DNA of 51,528 nucleotides from an uncultured Actinomycetes bacterium. GTDB taxonomy: Bacteria > Actinomycetota > Actinomycetes > Nanopelagicales > Nanopelagicaceae. Within the stretch, counting starts at the first letter, position 1. Every line of letters begins with the position of its first letter. Positions 28,485-36,918 of the stretch are shown piece by piece. The notes below the pieces were generated by a model that worked only from the letters and a program-made list of their open reading frames with translations, did no database searches and had not been told where the DNA came from. The translations under genes were made by a program, and so were the position numbers. The stretch covers positions 1-51,528 of the forward strand of contig CAIUFY010000064.1 in NCBI GenBank assembly GCA_903898555.1. Direction: 5' to 3'.

Positions 28485-29075
28485 GTGTTTCAAATCCGAA
28501 TCCACGGACGAGGTGGGCAGGGTGTAGTTACCGCCGCCGAGTTATTGAGTGTTGCCGCATTCCTAGATAAACAACATGCACAAGCTTTTCCGAGCTTTGG
28601 TTCTGAAAGAACTGGCGCACCTGTTGTTTCCTTCTGTCGAATTAGTGAAAATCCAATTCGCCTTCGAGAACCCGTTCTTGAACCTGATGCAATTCTTATT
28701 CAAGATCCAACCCTGTTGCACTCCATTGATGTCTTTTCTGGCGCCAAGAGCGATGGTTACATGATCATTAATACAACAAAGTCTTTTGCTGAACTTGGAA
28801 TTGATGAGTTCGTCTCATCCAGACCAGCAAATCGCAATTTCATAGTGCCTGCCTCGGATATTGCGTTGAAACATGTAGGTCGACCAATGCCAAATGCAGC
28901 GCTACTTGGAGGCTTTGCTGCCGCCACCCAGAAGGTAACGCTTGCCAGTGTTGTTGCTGCTATTGAAGATAGGTTCCCAGCAAAAATTGCTGCGGGAAAC
29001 GTCGCCGCCGCAACCGAAGCTTATGAATTTGTCATAAACGAACTTAAAGAGGTAACTAATGTTGCAACAAATTGA
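28485..29075 (+). CDS. porG: 2-oxoacid:ferredoxin oxidoreductase, gamma subunit
   Basis: IRIHGRGGQGVVTAAELL is the gamma-subunit signature. About 196 aa. Confidence 0.85.
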   Translation: MFQIRIHGRGGQGVVTAAELLSVAAFLDKQHAQAFPSFGSERTGAPVVSFCRISENPIRLREPVLEPDAILIQDPTLLHSIDVFSGAKSDGYMIINTTKSFAELGIDEFVSSRPANRNFIVPASDIALKHVGRPMPNAALLGGFAAATQKVTLASVVAAIEDRFPAKIAAGNVAAATEAYEFVINELKEVTNVATN

Positions 29076-30315
29076 AGGCTCTAAGGCGGTTGCTGAAACG
29101 ATTGCCGCGTGTATGCCTGATGTGGTTTGCGCGTATCCAATTTCTCCTCAAACTCATATAGTCGAAGCGCTGGATGAACTAACTCGCTTAGGAAAAATTG
29201 GTAATTGCCAATTCGTAAATGTGGAATCTGAATTTTCTGCTATGTCCGTGGCGATTGGAGCCTCTGCGACTGGCGCCCGCACTTACACCGCAACAGCGAG
29301 TCAAGGCCTCCTCTTTATGGTGGAGCCTGTTTACAATGCATCAGGTTTGGGCCTACCAATTGTTATGACGGTTGCAAACCGCGCCATCGGTTCACCTATA
29401 AATATTTGGAATGATCAAAGTGATTCAATGAGCCAACGCGACTCTGGTTGGATTCAGTTGTACGCGCAAGACAATCAGTCAGCTGCCGACCTTCATATTT
29501 TGGCCTTTCGATTAGCAGAAGAGCTTTCACTTCCCGTAATGGTATGTATGGATGGATTTATTCTGACTCACGCAATGGAGGAGATTGACGTTGCAGATAT
29601 AGATCTTGTACAGAAATATCTTCCAAAATTCGCGCCGCGACAAGTTTTGGATCCACAAGATCCTGTCTCCATTGGTGCAATGGTGGGGCCTGAAGCATTT
29701 ACGGAAGTTAAGTATTTGGGCCATTTCAAGCAACTAAAAGCCCTTGAAATTATTCCTGAACTTTCCGAGCAATTTGAAGAGGTCTTTGGAAGACCTGCAG
29801 CCGGTCCAGATGATTACAAGGGGCTTGTTACAAAATATCACCTTGAGGATGCAGAAGTTGTTTTGGTTGCGCTTGGGTCGGTCCTCGGAACTATAAAAGA
29901 TGCTGTTGATGAACACCGCAAAAATGGAATAAAGGTTGGCGCTATGGGAATTACTTCCTTTAGACCATTCCCATTAGATGAGGTGCGAAAGTCGCTTAAG
30001 CACGCGCAAAAGATCGTTGTTGTAGAACGCGCTTTTGCTCCCGGCGTAGGTGGCATCGTCTCTTCGAATATTCGCACAGCGCTAAGCGCGATTGATATCA
30101 AAATAAATACGGTAGTGGCAGGCCTTGGCGGACGTCCGATAACTTTGAAGTCGATTAGTGAGTTAGTGGACAAGGCTTTGTACGGCTCACTTCCAGAGTT
30201 TTCGTTTATGGATTTGGATGTCGAGTTGGTTGAACGCGAACTTGAGCGAAATCTATTGACGAGACGATCAGGTCCAATGGCCGAAAACCTTTTGAAAGAT
30301 TTGGGAACACGATGA
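29059..30315 (+). CDS. porA: 2-oxoacid:ferredoxin oxidoreductase, alpha subunit
   Basis: EGSKAVAETIAACMPDVVCAYPISPQTHIVE and SEFSAMSVAIGASATGARTYTATASQGL. AAGAGG lies upstream and the gene overlaps the gamma gene by 17 nt. Confidence 0.9.
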   Translation: MLQQIEGSKAVAETIAACMPDVVCAYPISPQTHIVEALDELTRLGKIGNCQFVNVESEFSAMSVAIGASATGARTYTATASQGLLFMVEPVYNASGLGLPIVMTVANRAIGSPINIWNDQSDSMSQRDSGWIQLYAQDNQSAADLHILAFRLAEELSLPVMVCMDGFILTHAMEEIDVADIDLVQKYLPKFAPRQVLDPQDPVSIGAMVGPEAFTEVKYLGHFKQLKALEIIPELSEQFEEVFGRPAAGPDDYKGLVTKYHLEDAEVVLVALGSVLGTIKDAVDEHRKNGIKVGAMGITSFRPFPLDEVRKSLKHAQKIVVVERAFAPGVGGIVSSNIRTALSAIDIKINTVVAGLGGRPITLKSISELVDKALYGSLPEFSFMDLDVELVERELERNLLTRRSGPMAENLLKDLGTR

Positions 30316-31307
30316 GTACTCCATTAAAGTTTTATCAAGTCGGTTCATTTGCAGTTGGAAATCGTCTTCTAGGCGATGAGCAGCTTTCAGTTCAGTCTCG
30401 CTCCGACCGCACAAATTCCCTTACTTCGGGTCACAGAGCTTGCCAAGGTTGCGGGGAAGCACTTGGCGCTCGTTATGTCATGGACGCGGCCATGGCTGCA
30501 ACTGATGGAAAAGTAATTGCAGTAAATGCCACAGGCTGTCTCGAAGTTTTCTCAACCCCGTACCCAGAAACTTCTTGGCGGCTGCCATGGATGCATTCAC
30601 TCTTCGGAAATGCAGCACCGGTTGCAACTGGTGTGGCCTTCGCGCTTAAGGCGCAGGGACGCTCAGATATTCGAGTCGTTGCTCAAGGTGGTGACGGAGG
30701 AACCGTTGATATTGGGTTTGGTCCACTTTCTGGCATGTTTGAAAGAAATGATGATGTGCTTTACGTCTGTTATGACAATGAGGCGTATATGAACACGGGA
30801 GTCCAACGTTCGGGAGCAACACCTCCAGCCGCAAGAACAAATACCACTCATGCTGTTGGTGAAAATCCCGGAGCATCGTTTACTCAAGGCAAGAATCTTC
30901 CGAAGATCGCTATGGCTCATGGAATTCCTTATGTCGCTACCGCATCTGTATCTGATTTGCATGACCTCGAAGAAAAAGTTACAAAAGCAATGAGCATGCA
31001 TGGTGCCCGTTATCTTCACGTCTTAGTTCCTTGCCCATTAGGTTGGGGAACGCGCAGTGAGGAAACCATTAAATTGGCTCGTTTAGCGACTGAGTCTGGT
31101 CTCTTCCCGGTTTATGAAGCCGAAGACGGGGTAGTTACTGCCACAAAGAAGATTCGCAAACAAGTCCCTGTCGATGAGTACTTGCAGATTCAAAAGCGTT
31201 TCTCGCATCTCTTTGGTCCAAAAGGAAATCCTGAATTAGTGAAAGCTATCCAAGAGATTGCGAATCGTAATATTGCTGAGTTTGATTTATTAGGAGAGGC
31301 TCAATGA
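30312..31307 (+). CDS. porB: 2-oxoacid:ferredoxin oxidoreductase, beta (TPP) subunit
   Basis: GHRACQGCGEALGARY and the TPP motif QGGDGGTVDIGFGPLSG...CYDNEAYMNTGVQRS. ATGA overlap with the alpha gene. Confidence 0.9.
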   Translation: MSTPLKFYQVGSFAVGNRLLGDEQLSVQSRSDRTNSLTSGHRACQGCGEALGARYVMDAAMAATDGKVIAVNATGCLEVFSTPYPETSWRLPWMHSLFGNAAPVATGVAFALKAQGRSDIRVVAQGGDGGTVDIGFGPLSGMFERNDDVLYVCYDNEAYMNTGVQRSGATPPAARTNTTHAVGENPGASFTQGKNLPKIAMAHGIPYVATASVSDLHDLEEKVTKAMSMHGARYLHVLVPCPLGWGTRSEETIKLARLATESGLFPVYEAEDGVVTATKKIRKQVPVDEYLQIQKRFSHLFGPKGNPELVKAIQEIANRNIAEFDLLGEAQ

Positions 31308-32923
31308 GTAAGCCATTTGCAATTACGCTAAATATCGGATCTTCACTTGCCAACCACACAGGTTCGTGGCGAAGTGAGAGACCCGTCTACGTAAACCGCA
31401 TGCCGCCTTGTAATAACGCATGTCCAGCTGGCGAAGATGTCCAAGGTTGGCTCTACGAGGGCGAATCTGGCAATTATGAGCAAGCATGGAGAAATCTTGT
31501 TAGGGATAATCCATTTCCAGCGATTATGGGAAGAATTTGTTATCACCCATGTCAGACTGCATGTAACCGTGCAGATGTAGATGAGGCTGTCGGAATCAAT
31601 TCTGTGGAGCGCTTCCTTGGCGATCAGGCCATAGATAAAGGTTGGCAATTTACTGCCCCAACAACAAAAAGTGGTCGCAGAATTCTAATTGTTGGTTCAG
31701 GACCTTCTGGATTATCTGCGGCATATCACCTTGCAATGAAAGGTCACGAAGTCGTCATTCGCGAAAGCGCAGCAGAACCTGGCGGAATGATGCGTTACGG
31801 AATTCCCGCATACCGACTTCCTCGAGAAGTGCTCGATGCAGAAATTTCTCGCTTGGTTAATATCGGCGTGCGAATTGAATGTAATACAAAAGTTGAAAAT
31901 CCTGAGAGCGCTATCAAAGATGGATTTGATGCTGTCTTCCTTGCAATTGGAGCTCACTTAGGAAAGCGCGCTTACATCCCTGCAGGCGACACTGTTCGAA
32001 TTCTTGATGCGGTATCGGTTCTTCACATGACAGCGGATGGAGAGCCACCATTATTAGGACGAAGTGTGGTCGTGTATGGCGGAGGAAATACGGCCCTTGA
32101 TGCAGCGCGTACTGCTAAACGCCTCGGAGCATATGAAGCGATAGTTGTTTACCGTCGTACTCAAGAAAAAATGCCGGCTCACGCAAGTGAATTAAAAGAA
32201 GCCCTTGAAGAAGGCATTGTGATGCGTTGGCTTTCCACCATCGCATGGGTGAATTCTGGCGCTGTCACTATCGAGCGCATGGAACTAGATAGCGCGGGCA
32301 TGCCGCAACCAACAGGGGAGTTTGAATCCCTTCAAGCTGATTCCGTTATTTTGGCCCTTGGACAAGAGGTCGACCTAAGTATTGTCGAGGGAATCCAAGG
32401 CATAACCATTGACGATGGAGTTATCGAGGTAAATGAATTCCTCATGACAGGGAGGGACGGAATTTTCGCTGGTGGAGACGCGGTTCCTGGCGAAAGAACT
32501 GCAACAAATGCAATCGGTCATGGAAAGCATGCAGCGCGAGCAATCAACTCTTGGCTTGAAGGACAAACTTTTGTTCATGCTCCACGTCCAGAATTGGCAA
32601 GTTTTGATCGACTTAACACTTGGTATTACTCGGATGCACCGAAGAAGGTCCGACCTAAGTTAGATGCCGCAAGGCGTGCAGAGAGTTTTGCAGAGGTGGT
32701 TCAAGGCTTGGATGAAGCAACTGCGCTATTTGAAGCAAGGCGCTGCTTATCCTGCGGAAACTGCTTTGGTTGCGACAACTGTTTTGGCGTCTGCCCGGAC
32801 AACGCTGTCATAAAGCTCGCTGACGGAAAGTACGAGATAAATCTCGACTACTGCAAGGGCTGTGGAATCTGTGCAAACGAATGCCCGTGTGGAGCCATAG
32901 ATATGGTGCCTGAACGTTCGTAA
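31304..32923 (+). CDS. Delta-subunit ferredoxin with an inserted GltD/NfnB-like FAD/NAD(P)H oxidoreductase module
   Basis: ATGA overlap with the beta gene. PorD-like N-terminus TGSWRSERPVY. GltD-type Cys motifs CNNACPAGE and RICYHPCQTACNR. Two dinucleotide folds (ILIVGSGPSGLSAAYHL, VVVYGGGNTALDAA). The C-terminus has 2x[4Fe-4S] (CLSCGNCFGCDNCFGVCP, CKGCGICANECP). Confidence 0.8.
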   Translation: MSKPFAITLNIGSSLANHTGSWRSERPVYVNRMPPCNNACPAGEDVQGWLYEGESGNYEQAWRNLVRDNPFPAIMGRICYHPCQTACNRADVDEAVGINSVERFLGDQAIDKGWQFTAPTTKSGRRILIVGSGPSGLSAAYHLAMKGHEVVIRESAAEPGGMMRYGIPAYRLPREVLDAEISRLVNIGVRIECNTKVENPESAIKDGFDAVFLAIGAHLGKRAYIPAGDTVRILDAVSVLHMTADGEPPLLGRSVVVYGGGNTALDAARTAKRLGAYEAIVVYRRTQEKMPAHASELKEALEEGIVMRWLSTIAWVNSGAVTIERMELDSAGMPQPTGEFESLQADSVILALGQEVDLSIVEGIQGITIDDGVIEVNEFLMTGRDGIFAGGDAVPGERTATNAIGHGKHAARAINSWLEGQTFVHAPRPELASFDRLNTWYYSDAPKKVRPKLDAARRAESFAEVVQGLDEATALFEARRCLSCGNCFGCDNCFGVCPDNAVIKLADGKYEINLDYCKGCGICANECPCGAIDMVPERS

Positions 32924-33002
32924 GTCAGTGGGGCAGACCTCTTGCGCTTAATCTCAAATGGGTAGACTATAACCAGGTTCAAGCTTTAGCGAGGGGGGAT
33001 TG

Positions 33003-33428
33003 ATGAAAATCGAGTCACTGATTTCCGGGAAAAAAGTTGCGACTATTTCACCAAGTGCGAGTGTGCACGATTTAGTTTCATTGCTGGAAACTCATCACAT
33101 CGGAGCCCTTATCGTTTCGCGAGATGGAATTCAAATTGATGGAATAGTTTCAGAACGCGATGTCGTTCGCGCGATGCCTTCCAAGATAAATCAACTGGTT
33201 GATTTGCATGTCAGAGACTTGATGACTGTCGAAGTCATTAGCTGCACATCGCAAAGCACTGTTGCTGAAATCATGAATGCTATGACAGAAAATCGAATTA
33301 GACATATGCCGGTTGTCGACATCGACGGCAATCTCCTATCCATCGTCTCAATTGGCGACTTAGTCAAGGCTCATATTCAAGAACTTGATTCAGAGCGGGT
33401 TGCCCTCCGGGAATACATCACACACTGA
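33003..33428 (+). CDS. Stand-alone CBS-pair protein
   Basis: Two CBS repeats (VHDLVSLLETHHIGALIVSRDGIQIDGIVSERDV; VAEIMNAMTENRIRHMPVVDIDGNLLSIVSIGDL). GAGGGGGG lies 4 nt upstream of ATG 33003. Confidence 0.8.
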   Translation: MKIESLISGKKVATISPSASVHDLVSLLETHHIGALIVSRDGIQIDGIVSERDVVRAMPSKINQLVDLHVRDLMTVEVISCTSQSTVAEIMNAMTENRIRHMPVVDIDGNLLSIVSIGDLVKAHIQELDSERVALREYITH

Positions 33429-33503
33429 GCACCAACTGAGTCCCACCTCACTTTTTTCGTTTAGTACTCGTGGGTACGCTTTTTGTGGGTCAGAATTGCG
33501 CCC

Positions 33504-34916
33504 ATGACAAAGACGCTACCGAAGATCATCCAAGGTGGCATGGGCGTCGCCGTTTCGAACTGGGAATTGGCAAAGGCCGTCTCAACCCACGGTGGTATGG
33601 GTGTTGTCTCCGGCACTGCAATTGATGCCGTCTTGATCCGTAGATTGGAAAGCGGGGATGCCGGCGGGCATGTTCGCCGTGCGCTTGCCGCATTTCCAAA
33701 TCAGGAAACGGCTAATGCAATAGTTGAAAAGTATTTTATTGAAGGTGGAAAAGAAAAGACTGAATCTTTTTCAAATGCTCCAAAACTTCTCATAAATGCT
33801 CATCGCCATTCCAATGATTTACTAATTCTTGGAGCATTCGTCGAAGTATGGCTCGCTAAAGAAGGCCACGATGGGCAAGTTGGAATCAACTTTCTTGAAA
33901 AGATTCAGATGGGTTCTGCGGCTGGAATTTTAGGTGCGATGCTCGCGAATGTTGATTATGTAATTATGGGGGCAGGAATTCCTCGCGAGATTCCGCGATT
34001 TATTACTGAAGTTTCCCAAAAGAAAAGTAGCTACATCACTGTTGATATTGTGAATGGTGATTCTCAACGCATCACCATCGATCCTTCCGAATTTGTAGAT
34101 ATTTCTAAGATTGAATTTGTTCGACCAATGTTTTTGGCAATCATCATTAACGATGTACTTGCTGCTTATTTGGCACGTGATGAATCAAGTCGTCCAGATG
34201 GCTTCATTATTGAAGGACCTTCGGCTGGCGGCCACAACGCTCCACCGCGAGGAAAGATTGAATTTGATGCAGAAAACGAGCCGATCTATGGCCCGCGTGA
34301 CCTTGCGAATCTGGAGAAGATGGTTAAGTACGGATATCCCTTCTGGCTTGCTGGTGGCTTTGGAGCGCGCGGCAAATTAAAGGATGCGCTTGCACTTGGA
34401 GCAGAAGGCGTGCAGGTTGGAACTCTCTTTGCACTGTCGAATGAGTCAGGATTTACTGACGAAATTCGCAATCAGATTCTTGGAACTCTTGCTGATGGAA
34501 CTTTTGAAATCCATACAGATATGAAGGCGTCTCCAACTGGTTTCCCAATCAAGATTGTTAATTTGCCTGGAACTACTGCTCTTCCCGAGGTATTCGCAGC
34601 TCGACCAAAGCTTTGCGACATGGGATATCTTCGTGAGCCAATCATGCTTAAGAGCGGAAGAGTTGATTACCGCTGTCCGAGCGAACCTGAGATTCCTTAC
34701 CTGAAGAAAGATGGAACTATTGAAGAGACCGAAGGGCGTAAATGCCTGTGCAACGGGTTGTTTTCAAATATTGGCTTAGGTCAACACCGCCGGGATGGTT
34801 ACGACGAGGCCCCAATTGTCACTCTGGGCTCCGATGTTGACGGCTGTAAAGAGCTCATAAAACTCCATCCAAATGGTTGGAGCGCTTCGCTAGCAATGGA
34901 CTTTATCGCCGAATAA
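33504..34916 (+). CDS. Nitronate monooxygenase-family FMN oxidoreductase (long form)
   Basis: LPKIIQGGMGVAVSNWELAKAVSTHGGMGVVSG and FIIEGPSAGGHN are NMO/2-nitropropane dioxygenase family motifs. Start reassigned to ATG 33504. Confidence 0.75.
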   Translation: MTKTLPKIIQGGMGVAVSNWELAKAVSTHGGMGVVSGTAIDAVLIRRLESGDAGGHVRRALAAFPNQETANAIVEKYFIEGGKEKTESFSNAPKLLINAHRHSNDLLILGAFVEVWLAKEGHDGQVGINFLEKIQMGSAAGILGAMLANVDYVIMGAGIPREIPRFITEVSQKKSSYITVDIVNGDSQRITIDPSEFVDISKIEFVRPMFLAIIINDVLAAYLARDESSRPDGFIIEGPSAGGHNAPPRGKIEFDAENEPIYGPRDLANLEKMVKYGYPFWLAGGFGARGKLKDALALGAEGVQVGTLFALSNESGFTDEIRNQILGTLADGTFEIHTDMKASPTGFPIKIVNLPGTTALPEVFAARPKLCDMGYLREPIMLKSGRVDYRCPSEPEIPYLKKDGTIEETEGRKCLCNGLFSNIGLGQHRRDGYDEAPIVTLGSDVDGCKELIKLHPNGWSASLAMDFIAE

Positions 34917-35012
34917 GAACCATTCGTTTGAATCTCTGCGAGATGGATACTATTAAACCTGTAGAGACCGCCTACCAACAACGATGAATATCCATTATTC
35001 AAGGAGTCCTTA

Positions 35013-35282
35013 ATGCCAAGCCAGACCGTAGTTGTAGGTAGCAAAGTTGGACTTCATGCACGACCTGCGTCTCTGCTTGTAAAGGCTTCGAGTGGATCGG
35101 GGCTTTCGGTAACAGTTGGGAAACCCGGAGAGAAGGCGGTTAATGCTGCTTCGCTCCTTTCGGTTTTAGCCCTTGGAATTCAAAACGGTGACACCGTCCA
35201 AATAACAGTCTCCGACGGAGCAAGCGCCGACGCCTTGTTGGCCCAGCTAATAGAAATTGTTGCCACCGACCAAGATGAATAG
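35013..35282 (+). CDS. ptsH: Phosphocarrier protein HPr
   Basis: GLHARPAS (His15 site) and AASLLSVLALG (Ser46 region). 89 aa. AAGGAG RBS. Confidence 0.9.
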   Translation: MPSQTVVVGSKVGLHARPASLLVKASSGSGLSVTVGKPGEKAVNAASLLSVLALGIQNGDTVQITVSDGASADALLAQLIEIVATDQDE

Positions 35283-36918
35283 TCTTGTAGGGATTGGAGT
35301 TTCTCCTGGAGTTGCTGTCGGCAAAGCGTGCCGGATTGCACAGATCACTTCAGTCGGACCAATTCCTGCAACACCACGGAAAGTTTTTGATTCACTTAAT
35401 TTAGTAGTTGCCGATTTAGAGCGAGCCGCAAAAACCGTTGAACTCGATATCGTGCGAGATGTATTAGGCGTTCAAGCCATGATGGCTTCTGATCCGGCAC
35501 TGATTGAAGCGATTGGCGCAAGGCTCAGTCAAGATATTGAGTACAAAGATGTTCGTCCAGATATCATCGATTCTTTTCGTGGTTTTAAAACAGCGCTTTC
35601 TGCCCTTGGCGGCTATTTTGCTGAGCGGATTGTTGATCTTGATGACATATTGAGCCAGCTTTTAAATAAACTTGCAGGAACCGAACATCAACTAATAAAT
35701 CTTGCAGAACCCAGCATTGTTATCGCCGATGAGCTCACACCGTCAGATACGGCGCACATTAATCTAAATTATGCCCTCGCCCTTGTTGTAGCAAAGGGCG
35801 GTCCCACCTCACATGCGGCAATTGTCGCTCGCGGACTTGGTATCCCGGCAATTGTCGGTTGCAAAAGAGCGCTAGAGATTGAAGATGGATCAGTTCTTCT
35901 TGTAGATGGCAGGCAAGGGAAAATCTATATTGATCCAAAGGCTACGGAAGTGGAATCAGCACAACTGCGCGAAGAAGCGTTAAGGGCCCGGGCAGCAGCA
36001 GTAGTCGGTCCTGGCCGACTAAAAGATGGATCTCACATCACACTTCTTGCAAATGTTAGTGATGTAAACGGAGCCATAGAAGCGGCAGCAGCCGGGGCCG
36101 ATGGAATTGGTCTTTTGCGTACAGAGTTGCTCTTTATTGATTCGACATCGGAACCAACAGTAGAAGATCAAGTTGCAACATATAAGAAAATATTTGATCT
36201 TATGCAAGGGCGCCGAGTTATTGTAAGAACTCTGGATGCGGGAAGCGACAAACAAATTCCATATTTGAATTCCAGTAAAGAACAAAATCCTGCCCTCGGC
36301 ATTCGAGGATGGCGCTTAACTCGCACTCATGATGCAGTGCTGGAGCGTCAACTTGAAGCAATTTCAAAAGCAGCAGAAGGGATTTCTCTTGAACTTTGGG
36401 TCATGGCCCCGATGGTTAGCACTCCAGCGGAAGCAAATGACTTTGCGACCAGAGCGCGAGCATTGGGAATCAAAAAAGTTGGAGTGATGATTGAAACTCC
36501 TGCGGCAGCAATCCATGCAGAGAAAGTCCTACTTGAAGTTGATTTTGGTTCTATAGGCACAAATGATTTAGCCCAATATGTAATGGCATCTGATCGAATG
36601 GATTCAAGACTTTCAGATTTGGCTACGACATGGAATCCAGCTGTTCTTCGAACAATTCAGATTGCATGTGAAAGTGCAAATAAACTAAACAAGACAAATG
36701 GTGTTTGTGGTGAAGCAGCTTCTGACCCTTATCTTGCCGCAGTTCTTTTGGGCTTAGGAGTAACTTCGCTTTCAATGGTGCCAAGCGCGATTGCAGAAGT
36801 GCGCGAATTTCTCTCGACTTTAGATTTGGCTACCTGCGTTGAAGTCGCCACACTCGCTCTGAATGCAGACAGCGCGCAAGAAGCAGAATCCTTAGTTAAG
36901 GAAAATCTTCAACGATGA
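35275..36918 (+). CDS. ptsI: PEP-protein phosphotransferase (PTS enzyme I)
   Basis: GIGVSPGVAVGKA N-terminus, phospho-His loop GGPTSHAAIVARGLGIPAIVG, PEP-utilizer C-domain (GLLRTELLF, FGSIGTNDLAQY). ATG 35275 overlaps the ptsH 3' end by 8 nt. Confidence 0.9.
   Translation: MNSLVGIGVSPGVAVGKACRIAQITSVGPIPATPRKVFDSLNLVVADLERAAKTVELDIVRDVLGVQAMMASDPALIEAIGARLSQDIEYKDVRPDIIDSFRGFKTALSALGGYFAERIVDLDDILSQLLNKLAGTEHQLINLAEPSIVIADELTPSDTAHINLNYALALVVAKGGPTSHAAIVARGLGIPAIVGCKRALEIEDGSVLLVDGRQGKIYIDPKATEVESAQLREEALRARAAAVVGPGRLKDGSHITLLANVSDVNGAIEAAAAGADGIGLLRTELLFIDSTSEPTVEDQVATYKKIFDLMQGRRVIVRTLDAGSDKQIPYLNSSKEQNPALGIRGWRLTRTHDAVLERQLEAISKAAEGISLELWVMAPMVSTPAEANDFATRARALGIKKVGVMIETPAAAIHAEKVLLEVDFGSIGTNDLAQYVMASDRMDSRLSDLATTWNPAVLRTIQIACESANKLNKTNGVCGEAASDPYLAAVLLGLGVTSLSMVPSAIAEVREFLSTLDLATCVEVATLALNADSAQEAESLVKENLQR

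Noticed and set aside
33429-33503. An intrinsic terminator after the CBS gene (CCCAC...GTGGG followed by GCTTTTT).
   Set aside because: The stem is only 5 bp and the loop is about 27 nt. The alternative GTAC/GTAC pairing is trivial. This is too weak to call.
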